DNA of 64,000 nucleotides, from NCBI RefSeq assembly GCF_001194135.2, contig NC_068998.1, forward strand, positions 19,446,252 through 19,510,251. The letters run 5' to 3'. Of the stretch, positions 1 through 12,700 are shown one piece after another. The position numbers and the translations under genes were made by a program. Position 1 is the first letter of the stretch, and each line of letters starts with the position of its first letter. The notes beneath the pieces are model-generated. The model made no database searches and was not told the origin of the DNA. It saw nothing but the letters and a program-made list of their open reading frames with translations. Source of the DNA: Octopus bimaculoides (lineage: Eukaryota).

Positions 1-250
1 TGTGGACACTCTGTAGATTATATTATGGAACAAAATATAAAGTAAAGATAGTAATATAAATGTTTTAAAACATAAATATATATGTATTGGCATTGTCATC
101 ATTTTTACATCTGCTTTTTCCATGCTGGTATGGGTTGGATGAAACTTAGTGGGGCAATATTCTATAGTCAGATGCCCTTCTAGTTAGGATGATGCTAGCC
201 AGTAAATATTCACTCAACTTTAGTAGTCATACTTTATGATTAGTACTTAC

Positions 251-408
251 TGGCTGCTGTTGGGACTGAAATAGAATTCAGCTGAACTGGTATAAACTGC
301 AGACAATGGTATATGGAATTTATCATTGCTCTGAACTGTTCCACATTTTTCTGATTTGTTATTTTCTTGATAGAAGACATCAATAGGGACTGACAAATGG
401 TTATGAAC
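251..408 (-). CDS. VPS13: VPS13 exon w41 (158 nt)
   Basis: tag/gtaag; [52 protein letters not shown]. Confidence 0.94.
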
Positions 409-3400
409 CTAAATAGTAGCAAAATATTAAAAAAAAAAAACATTTGTTAAATGTAAGACATAAAACTTAGAACTTGTTAATAGCAATTCATACATAGATA
501 TGTGTGTGTCATACTTAATGTAGATACTTTGTTGAAAGGCAAAATTACTGTGGTGTTCTTCCAGAGATAACATCCCTTATAGATGTTGTGCTTAAAACAT
601 AATATATATCAGAAGGAAAGGAAAATCATCTAAGCAGTGGCTAGTAAAAACACCATTTCTGCCTCATTGGGCATTGTCAGTAATGTGTACTCACAGCCAA
701 CTACATGCTTAGATGAATTTTGTTGCCATCATTATATAGGAAAACAGTGAAAAACATCCACTGGTATTGTGAATCGCTGCTCAGCTGAATAAAAATCTGT
801 TATATGCAATAGAAGTAGCATTACATTAAAAGAGCCATCTGTGTATCATACTTAATGTAAATACATCTTTGAAAGGCAAATTTACTGCTGTATTAATCAA
901 GAGATAACATCTCTTATGGTAGTGCTGTGTTGTGCATGTGTGTGTATATCAAACATTATCTCGTGTAAAATAAAATTCAATTTAAAGAATAGTCATGTTA
1001 TCTTAGCTTGTATTTAGATATGTTCTAAGAATAAATGAAATTTACTCATTACTAATCCATGAAAAATTGTTTTAGTTAAAAAAGATAACTGGTATATAAT
1101 GCAGCTTACCTGTATTATAGATTGTAATGTGATACGTTTTTGTCCATAAGCTGCAACTATATCACAAACAATTGTCCATGTATCACCACCAAATGTCTGA
1201 TGATTAATATGAAATCCTCGTTTCTCTGCACGTTTGATGACTACTTCTCTTGTAGCTCCAAATTGTTCCACCTGAAAGTAAAATGAGAACTATATTAGAG
1301 GCACATATGTATGTTGAGAGCTACAGATGATTTTCATTCACCACAAAGTGTAACTCTTGTTGCAGTGTGTTAGTTTGTGTACCACAGTGACCCCTGAGAG
1401 CTATGCCAGTGGAGTGTAAGCTCCTGGTAGGGCTGCCTATGCTGGACAAGTCAAGGGATAGAGGCCAGACTAATATGAATCACCTCTTCCAAGAGATAAA
1501 AATCTAGTAAAAAGCAAAGTTACAAAAGCATTGGTGACACTTCAAAACCAACAAAACCTGAGAGAGAAGAAAAGCAGACAACCTAGAGTTGAGAACAGTG
1601 GAGAAAACCTATCGTTGGCATATGCACTGTTGGTTTAAGGATCAGCAGTTCATATCCTAGCATTGACAGTGCAGTTCACTCTAGTCTGGCCAAGTTACTT
1701 AACTTACAATGATTTAGTTCACTCGGTTATAAGGTAGGCATTAAAATGTGGTACATCCCAACATAGTAAGTAGTGTCATCATAGTAAAGTTTCTGAGCAT
1801 TTCATCAGCTTGCAGTGTCAGGCATAGTTTTGAGAAGGTTGTTGCAGTTATGGAAATATGTAGTTTCAACTATGATAAGTGAAATTATTAATTATTATAA
1901 AGGGTGCTGAGATAGAAGAATCGTTAGAATGTCAGGCAAAAATGTGTAGCAGCACTTCATCTGTCTTCATGTTCCAAGTTCAAATACAGCTGAGGTTGAC
2001 TTTGCCATTCATCCTTTCAGGGTCAATAAAATAAGTGCCAGTTCAGCACTGGGGTTGATTTAATTGACTTAGCCACTCTCCAAAACTGTTGGTGAAATTT
2101 AAAACCAATTATTATAAAACTGCATTGCTCAAGTTTTGAGTATTTGTGTTTAGTATATTCTAAAACAGAGCAATGTTGTCACTCCGTCGCTTACGACAAT
2201 GAGGGTTCCAGTTGATCCGATCAACGGAACAGCCTGCTCGTGAAATTAACGTGCAAGTGGCTGAGCACTCCACAGACACGTGTACCCTTAACGTAGTTCT
2301 CGGGGAGATTCTGTGTGACACAGAGTGTGACAAGGCTGGCCCTTTGAAACACAGGTACAACAGAAATAGGAAGTAAGAGTGAGAGAAAGTTGTGGTGAAA
2401 GAGTACAGCAGGGTTCGCCACCATCTCCTGCCAGAGCCTTGTGGAGCTTTAGGTGTTTTCGCTCAATAAACACTCACAATGCCCGGTCTGGGAATCGAAA
2501 CCGCGAAACTATGACTGCGAGTCCGCTGCCTCAACCACTGGGCCATTGCGCTTACAATTCTAAAACAGAGCAATATAAACAGCTAAAGGCATATCCAAAC
2601 TATGCATCTTAAGCATTCATCTAAGGATCCACGTCTATGCAGCACTGATATGCTTCTGTATTTATTTGTTGATGTTCCAACTCACACAACCATACGTAAG
2701 AAAATATCACTTAAAACCTTACTTACCTATGATTGATTTTGGTAAATTTAATGGAAATATCTTTTATGTCATAATTCAGTTACAAATTAACTAAATAACT
2801 GACTTGCCTGGAATAATATTTTACATTCCACTCCTTCTTGTGTTGCTTTGATTACCGACCCTCTTCTAGACTCCATTGAATCTTCACGCCCGGTGAGCTC
2901 TAAAGTGCCTCCGTGCGCAAGACGGACTCTGCCACTATCTGCATTTGCAGGCATCTAGAATAAAAATGACCAAAATAAAAAAAAAACTTTCAGTATTAAT
3001 GAAGAAACTGATATATAGTTATTCAGACTAAACTAATATATAGATATATAATTAGAAAAGAGATGACAAAGGAATAAATGATTATCTTATGACTATAATT
3101 AGCTTACAGTTGCTTCTACTCTAAAATGTGAGGGACTCATTGTTGAGTGCCTGAGCAATACCTTACAGGTTCATCAGAGCTTAAAATATGAAGTGCAATT
3201 TATTTGGGAAAACAAATACATTTAAGTATAATTATAAGAAAGCATTACCAATGAAAAAAACATATGTGGAAGATGAAAACGAATTACAATTTGAATAAGA
3301 TTAATTCTAAGATGTCAAATATGATGGGTTTAAGCAGATGTAGGGAAAGGGTGAAGAGATCTATCAGGAAGAATATATGTACAAACACAGACACACATAC

Positions 3401-3445
<45 letters not shown>

Positions 3446-4118
3446 CACACACATATATACTTGCATACACATATATATATACATACACACATATATATAT
3501 AAATACATGCACACACACACACACACATATCTATACATACATATACACACACACATATATATATACATACATATATACACACACATATATATATACATAC
3601 ATATATACACATACATACATAGATATGTGCATACAAACAGACATATATATATATATATACACACATACATGTGAATACATATATACATATGCATACACAT
3701 GTAACTGCACATACTCTATGCAGCAGAAATGCATGTTGGTTATTTTGACTAACTAATTATACTGTATAATAAACTCTTAAATTAAAAGAAAAATTTGAAG
3801 ATGTACCAGTATCCATATTCCGTATTCTTTGTAATTGTTTTGAATTTACACTCCCAAATACACACACAAACACATACATATATATATATATATACATGCA
3901 TATATACACACACACACACACAAATATAAATGCATACATACACATACATATATATACAAGCATATTTATATATACATACACATATATGCACAGGCACACA
4001 TATACATACATATATACACACACTTACACACACATATACATACATATATATATACACACACACACGTATACACACATACACATACATACATGCATATATA
4101 TATATATATATACATACA

Positions 4119-4161
<43 letters not shown>

Positions 4162-4204
4162 GCATATATTAATATATACATACACGCATATGCGTTTATG
4201 TATT

Positions 4205-4238
<34 letters not shown>

Positions 4239-6682
4239 TAGAGAGAAAGAGAAAGTAAAGGGAAAGCAGGAGAGTTTTAATGCATACATAAAAAATGTAA
4301 GAATGAACATCAATTATATTAGAGTATTTATTACACTTACGTCAAACATATTGTCAAGTTTCAGTAACAAGTTTAAGCCTGTTTTGTTCTCAATGATGTA
4401 AGGCGCCAAGGTTTCAGATGTTGTTGCACTTGGTTCAACCAGTTTGTAAGCATCTCCAAATGCCTGGAGAAATACAATAATTAGGAAATATTACTTTTAA
4501 AATGTTTTGATTATAATTCATGAAACTAAAATATTATTTCAATAAAATTAAGAATATTTTATTTGTTCAATGAGATTATGAAGAAATCAATTAACAAATT
4601 TTATTTTAGTTCGAAGAATAAAGAATTGTGTAAATAATTAGAACTATATAAATACTAAAGAACTAGAATAAAGTAAAAATTCCAGAATTAACTTAATCCT
4701 TTTGCATTTAAACTGGCCATATCCAACACAAATATTCTGCTCTGTATTCAAACTGGCCAGTTCCAGCCTCACACATCTACCCTACAATGTCATTCTAAAA
4801 ATTAACAACCACACTATCAAAATTTCAAAGTTATGTGATAATGCATAATTAATTTAAAACAATGGGAATAAATAAGCATTATATTAGAACAGTGGCTCTC
4901 AACTGGGTTCATATGACCCATGTGGGGGCCCATATAGGATTTTGTTGTTAAAATTCATGTGCAATAAATTGGTTATACTTCTACAATACACAAAATGTTT
5001 GTAGAATTTTTTTAATACAATTCCTAAATCTTTTCTACTCTAGACACAAGGCTCAAAATTTTGGGGGCGGGGAGGCAGTCAATTAGATCAACCCCAGTAC
5101 ACAACTGGTACTTAATTTATCAACCCCGAAAGGATGAAAGGTAAAGTCGACCTTGGCGGAATTTGAACTCAGAATGTAAAGACAGACGAAATAATGCAAA
5201 GCATTTTGCCTGGATTGCTAACGTTTCTGCCAGCTCGCCACCTTCAATACAATTCCTAATAATAATAATCATCATCATTTAATGTCTGTTTTCCATGCTG
5301 GCATGGGTGGGATGGTTTGACAGGAGCAGGCCAGGCAGAAGGCTGCACCAGACTTCTGTGACTGTTTTGGCAGGATTTTTACAGCTGGATGCCCTTCCTA
5401 ACACCAACCACCCAGCAGTGTGGACTTAATGCTTTTTATGTAGCACAAGCACAAGCGAGGTCAGTTTTGGCAAGGATGTTCTTCCAAATGTCAACCACTT
5501 TTACAGCTGGATGCTCTTCCAAACATCAGCCAGTTTACAGTGTGGACCAGATACTTTCTAAGTGGCACCTGCACTGACAGAGTCACCAAGTAGTCTGCAG
5601 GACAAAAATCTTTTGAGAGGGGAGGGGGCATTGGGGGAGGTGATCTTGTGTCAGGTGATGAAAGGTTATAGTGAGATAGCTGGGTATAAAGAGTCGTGGT
5701 GGTGGTGGTGGGAATACTGGATAGCAATGAGACAGAGAAACAGGGCCATGAGGACAGGATTGGGGAGTGAATATTTAATTATAAAAATATAATGGGATTT
5801 TTTTTAAACATTGAATGGCTACGAGGGTCAACTTGAGTAAAATAGGAACCAAAGGGGTTTATAGGTACAAAATAGTTGAGAACAATTGCATTAGACAGAG
5901 TAATCTGAGTGCTGAAGGATTAAAATGCAAAAATAAAAACTAGAAGAAGAAAATAAAGAGAATATAGATCTGTTATTTTTACCTTGCCAAGGTTAGTGAG
6001 TACTTCTAGACATGTTTTACTCATTGTCAATTCAAGTTTTTCTGTTGAACGAACATTGATGGTCATCTTAGCTGGAGGTATGATAGGTTCATTATCTTCA
6101 TCAATAAGAATACCCTCATCATTGGCAGCAACCTGTAAACAATCAGAGTGTATACGACAATAACAGAATTTTTGCTTCACAAGGTGCTTATGGTTTGGTT
6201 AGAAGCAAGCTCAACCTGTTGCAAAAACAGACTCCTAAATAAATATAAATCTTTTAGTTAGACATTGAAAACAAGTACTTAGACCATGATTTTCATCCTT
6301 ATAGGACCTATTATCATCTTTTAATTCCACTTTTTCCTTTTCAGTATGTGTCAGATGAAACTTATAGAGGCTAGTGTTTCTTTGGTTGGATGTCCTTATT
6401 AATTACTCTCACCTGTATGCAAGCAAGGTAGCATTTCTCTGGGTTTTTCAAGCAACAAACAACGCAAGACACAGACTTTTGTTTTGATGACACATAAACA
6501 AAGATGCTGTCTCTTGTTTATGCACCACCTGGATGACTGGACAGGTTTGCATGGCAGAATTAAGCAATGACACCATTTACACAGTGAGACAATATTTATG
6601 TAGTATGCAAACAATGTCAAGATAATGGTACAGGCATGTGTACACACACACACACTGTTTAGTTTGATTTCATTATTACAAC

Positions 6683-6736
<54 letters not shown>

Positions 6737-9700
6737 TATATATACATATATCATCATCGTTTAACGTCCGCTTTCCATGCTAGCATGGGTTGGACGATTT
6801 GACTGAGGACTGGCGAACCAGATAGCTGCACCAACCTCTAATCTGATTTGGCAGAGTTTCTACAGCTGGATGCCCTTCCTAACGCCAACCACTCCAAGAG
6901 TGTAGTGGGTGCTTTTACGTGCCACTGGCACGAGGGCCAGTCAGGCGGTACTGGCAACAACCTCGTTCGAATGTTTTAGGCCTGTAAAACTTTAAGTCAC
7001 ATGTTGCTGAATCAAACTGTTTTAAATAATATATGTAACTCCTACTAAATGTGTTGAGTGCCCATTTCTTTTATTTGTCCACTCACTCATATACATACAC
7101 ATACATCCAGCTGTAGAAACCAAGTCAAATTCAAACTGGAATCTGGTGCAACTCTCTGGTTTACCAGTTCCAGTCAAGCTGTCTAACCCACGCCAGCATA
7201 GAAAGCAGATGCTAAATGATGATGAGGATGATATATAAGAGAGAGAGAAATTAAGGGCCATGGAAAGATTCATGCTAAGAATATCATTGCAAAAGTATAT
7301 CCAAAATGAGGTAATATGAGAGTAGACATGTTGCAAGGTTCACAGACAACAGGTGGGCCATTGTGGTTGCTGAGTGCCAATCCAAGAGATTAGAAAAGGC
7401 CACAAGTTAGCTAAACGATTTGGGCCAAAATAGAAAATAATGCTACAGTTTCCCAGTTTCTGTGGCACATATATTTTCCACCCTGGACAAGACACCAGTC
7501 CATCACAGGAAAATTTCATTTTCATCAGCTGAATGGATTGGAGCAATGCAAGATGAAGTATTTTGCTCAAAAACACAAATGCATTGCCTGGTTCAAGAAT
7601 TGAAACTACTATCTTACAATCATGAGTCCAACATCCTAACCACTAAGTCATGTGCATCCACAATCCTTAAAATACATTTATTGACATACTAGAAAAAATT
7701 TGTTTTTTTAATTTCAGAACTACAATTCAGTGAAAAATAATACAAAAAAATACAATTCACAAAGGAGCACAAAAAAAAAAAAAAATCCAAAAAGGAAATT
7801 AGTAAATAAAATGAAGTTATGACAGAAGATACTAACCTCAACAGTTAAATCCCACCTCTTTCTCTTGTGGCTCTGGATAACTGGTTCTAAAAGAGGTTCC
7901 CATACTGCTAGTTTTTCATTATAGTAAGCAACTTCTAAACTGAGTGTACTTGTAACACCCATCTGTAAATAGTAGCAAAAGGTAATATTAGAAAGACACA
8001 CATACATAAAGTATTCAAATACATTAGAGAAATGAGTTTCTACAGCATATTAAATAAATTTAAACTGCTTCACAAAATAAGGGCCTTATATTTACTATGT
8101 TTAGAAATAGAGCTGAAAATATTAAATATAAATAATATAGAGATGTATTTGAGGAATATTCTGGCTGCACATTGAAGTATGTGTGTGTGTGTGTGTTTAT
8201 ATATATATATATATATATATANNNNNNNNNNAAATTAAAAAAAAAAATAATGAGCTAAACCAGTTATTCTCAAAATGGATTCTGAAGATCCCAGGGTTCT
8301 TTGAAAAAAATTTGGGGTTTCCCTGGCATAAGCTGTCTTAATAAAATGATTTCTATAATTTCTAGAAATTTATAATAGGTTCCATGTCAAAATAAACTTG
8401 GGAACTGCTGAGTTAATGTTCAATAGGTTGGCGTAAGTTGTTAGCAGAAAGTAATCAAATACAAAACCGGGAAGAGTTTGATCAAAAATCCTACCGAAAA
8501 TAAATAAATAAAATAAAACAATGGATAGAAGCAATAAAGTGAACTTCAAACAACAATATACTTTAGAAACAGAAACCAAAATATAAATCTCAGAGAATGT
8601 ATATTTACCTTACTACTCCAATCTTTAACTTCACCTTGAAAAGCAGATTCTACAATAAGCAATGGAACTGTTCTTTGACCAACACCTCCTTCTAGCTTAA
8701 TGACTAATTTTGGAATCTCCATCAATAGCTGAATAAAAATAGTATACATATATAAAGTACTTATATATACACATACATTCATACATATACAACAAAACAG
8801 ATAAAGAAAAAAGGCCTTGTCAAGATATTTGTTTTTTGCCATAGAATGATTTAAACAACCTGGATTAGCTTTTTCACTTCTTTAAATATATATTTTTTAA
8901 TGTCTCATTCAAAGGGGAGATATTGTATTATCTCATTCCATCCATTTTCTCTGCCTACTATTCCTGGGAAGGTTGTGGGAGCAGAGTCCTCAAACACCTC
9001 CACCATAGGGTCCTATCAGAAATGTCATCACACTTTCAGGTTGAATTCCCAAGTTTAACCCACTGAGACAATGGATATTATCCAATATTTTGTTCTTGGT
9101 CTATTCCTAGGTTTCCTGCTGGTTGGCTCAACTTGAAGAATCTGTCTTGTGATCCTTCCTTTCAGCATTCTAACAACATGTCCATAGTATTGGATCTGTG
9201 ACCTCTCGTTGTGGAGAAGTAGTGGCTTGAGCAGAAGAGACCACCTGATTTCTAAGCCACACATCTTGTCAAATAGTGTTACTAAAGATACTTCAGAGGA
9301 ACCCCATTTCAGCTACTTGTATTTGCAATCATATTTTTACTGTCAATACTCAACATTCATGATAAGTGAGGATAGGCACAAAAACCAAACTGAAGATAGC
9401 AAGTTTGGCGTTTTTACCAACTACACCTCTTCTGAAGATGAAATGCTGAAGCTTGCACGTTACTGTACCAGCACTTGTAATTCTAGCACCCAATTCAGTT
9501 TTCTGCCTTCCATCACTTGTAAAAATAGCTCCTATATACTTAAAATTCTCTACTTGTCTCAGTGATGTTCCACTAACATAGAGATTGCACTAGAAAAACT
9601 TTCTTGAGAGGACCAATGTCTCAGGCTTTGCAACTGAAGTTAGCATGCTCTGCTGGATGGGTAATGTCAGTTGGAAGCATGACAGAATATAACTGATTTA

Positions 9701-12700
9701 AGAGGAAAACTGGGTATAAGAGGCATCAGATGTGTGCAAGGGAGAAGACTGAGCTGGTTTGGTCATGTGATGCAAATGAATGAGGACAGCTGCCTAAAGA
9801 AGTGCTGAGTTCTAATTGTGGAGGGGACCTGTGGAAAGGGTAGACCCTGGAAGATGTGGGATGATGTGGTGAGAAAGAATCTTTAGATGCTGGGCCTCAC
9901 TGAAGAAATGACAAGGGATTGGGAGATGTGGCGATTTGCTGTACTTGATAAGACACATCAAGCTAAGTAAAATTGCTGTCAAACACACATACAAGCTTGT
10001 CCTTTCAGGTGCTGGTACCATTTAAAAGGCACCCGAGTCAGTGCTGCACTAATGCACCCATACCAGTGGCATGTAAAAAGCACCCAACACTCTGTTAAGT
10101 GGTTCGCTTTAGGAAGGGCGTTCAGCTGTAGAAACCATACCTTGGAAGAAGCACTTTTCAGCCACTTGTATTTGCAATTGTAGTTTTTTGGTCATTACTC
10201 AACATTCAAGACCATAGGTAAGAATAGGTGCGAAAACTCAACTGAAGATAAGTTTGGCTTTGTTTTTTAAAATAATTATTTAAAATAAAATATTTTTCTT
10301 TTACAATAATAACACATCTAAGCTCAGCAAACCAATATCTTACAATAGAGATTTAGTAAAAAAGAGAAATACGACCTTCCACCAATTTCTCTTAACTTAC
10401 TTGTTCATGTCTAGCAGCAACAATTGTATCAACATCTGTGCTATTAACACTTTCAATAGCTTCTTTGTCATCTGAAATTATACAAATTGAAAAAAGATTT
10501 TATTAAATAAATTAAGTACATACAATTGTTTTATTTTAGGCCAACATGCTAAATTTAAATGGTCTAGCAAACTGGGTCATTTGTGTAAATCATTTACAAT
10601 TAAGTAGACAAATTTTTGGCACAAAGCCAGGAATTTTAGGGGAGAGGACAAACTAACCCCAGTGCTCAACTGGTACTTATGCACTAGTAATTTAACATCA
10701 CATGTGGCTCAGCCGTCACTTGTAAGTGAATATGACCTGGTAGAATATACCATGCTTTTGACAATTGCTATAGGTGCTTATGTAGCCATGAACAGACATA
10801 TACTGAATGGATGCTCATTCAGCCCCACCACCCTTGACCTGGTAAAAGTTTGAGGATGTGACAGTTGGAGCGGGGAGGGGAGAAGCACCTGAACTTGGTT
10901 GATACTCATTTTCAGCAAAGCAGACTAGAGCAATGTGAAATGAAATAAATGCCTGGCCAAGTCCGGAACTGAATTTATGGCTTTGTGATTGTGAGCCCAA
11001 CACTCTAACCACTCGGCCATGTAACATCTAGAATAATGGACACATTTCTAAGAACATCTTAAAACATTCTTGAAGCATTAACTTCTTTTTTAACCTCACC
11101 AATGATATTAGAGTATTGAAAAAGATTCCACAAGAAGTGTAAAAGAGAATGTGTTATCTAATAACTGCAAGGTCCTGGGGTTATGCATGAGGCTGCTCCA
11201 CTACTTTCATGAATAGAAGTGATAAATAGTATTGTTAAGTTAGACTCACATACAAACATATACACATAAGTGAACCTTTATAAATCACTTGAACTACTAA
11301 CCAGTTTTGAGATACCATAAATCACATTCTGAAATGGGTTTAACATTCCAGAGATTATCAAGTGATTTGCTGTCAGATTTTTCATCGTCTTCAGCCTGAA
11401 AAAAATAACACATTAATTAACCAATGCATACATTCTATTGAGACTAAAATCTTTAGTCAATATCCTTTATAAAACAATTAGATTATTATTATTACAATAT
11501 ACTTTCCTATTCATTAGGGAAATCTATATATATAAAAATGAGAATGTGTGTCTGTCTGTCTGTCTGTCTGTGTGAATCCCTAAAACTCGAGAACTATGCT
11601 ACCAATTTCATTCAAATTTTACACATGCCTTACTTAGGGTTCCAGTTGTGTTTTAGTCAAAAAAAATTATTAACTTCTTGCAGAGTTCGAGCACACGGCA
11701 ACATAATATCTCCTCCACTATTTAAGTATTACGTGTCAAAAGTGAAACAAAAACACTCATGTCAAATACTTTCACTTTAAAAATGAAACTATTCCACTAA
11801 CTGAAACAATCACATTTCGATACTGTAGTGACAGATACTTTCACAGAGAGAGAAAGAGAGAAAGAGAGAGACAGAAAGAGAGAGAGAGATGTATATGTAT
11901 ACATATNNNNNNNNNNNNNNNNNNNNNNNNNNNNNNNNNNNNNNNNNNNNNNNNNNNNNNNNNNNNNNNNNNNNNNNNNNNNNNNNNNNNNNNNNNNNNN
12001 NNNNNNNNNNNNNNNNNNNNNNNNNNNNNNNNNNNNNNNNNNNNNNNNNNNNNNNNNNNNNNNNNNNNNNNNNNNNNNNNNNNNNNNNNNNNNNNNNNNN
12101 NNNNNNNNNNNNNNNNNNNNNNNNNNNNNNNNNNNNNNNNNNNNNNNNNNNNNNNNNNNNNNNNNNNNNNNNNNNNNNNNNNNNNNNNNNNNNNNNNNNN
12201 NNNNNNNNNNNNNNNNNNNNNNNNNNNNNNNNNNNNNNNNNNNNNNNNNNNNNNNNNNNNNNNNNNNNNNNNNNNNNNNNNNNNNNNNNNNNNNNNNNNN
12301 NNNNNNNNNNNNNNNNNNNNNNNNNNNNNNNNNNNNNNNNNNNNNNNNNNNNNNNNNNNNNNNNNNNNNNNNNNNNNNNNNNNNNNNNNNNNNNNNNNNN
12401 NNNNNNNNNNNNNNNNNNNNNNNNNNNNNNNNNNNNNNNNNNNNNNNNNNNNNNNNNNNNNNNNNNNNNNNNNNNNNNNNNNNNNNNNNNNNNNNNNNNN
12501 NNNNNNNNNNNNNNNNNNNNNNNNNNNNNNNNNNNNNNNNNNNNNNNNNNNNNNNNNNNNNNNNNNNNNNNNNNNNNNNNNNNNNNNNNNNNNNNNNNNN
12601 NNNNNNNNNNNNNNNNNNNNNNNNNNNNNNNNNNNNNNNCAACTGTATGTTGGCTGCTCAAGAGTGGGCAGCAACAAAAAACCTATTTGTATATGCTCCA

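Noticed and set aside
1789-1808. Minus-strand CTGATGA-aatgctca-GAAAC resembling a minimal hammerhead core
   Set aside because: No stem I or stem III partner and no NUH site could be paired, and stem II is 2 bp at best. A similar degenerate hit near 43680-43710 also fails.
3264-4313. Many long ORFs of C/V/Y/I/H/T repeats (also at 60925-61179 and 63577-63997)
   Set aside because: They are translations of (AC/AT/ATAC) microsatellites that lack stop codons, not genes.
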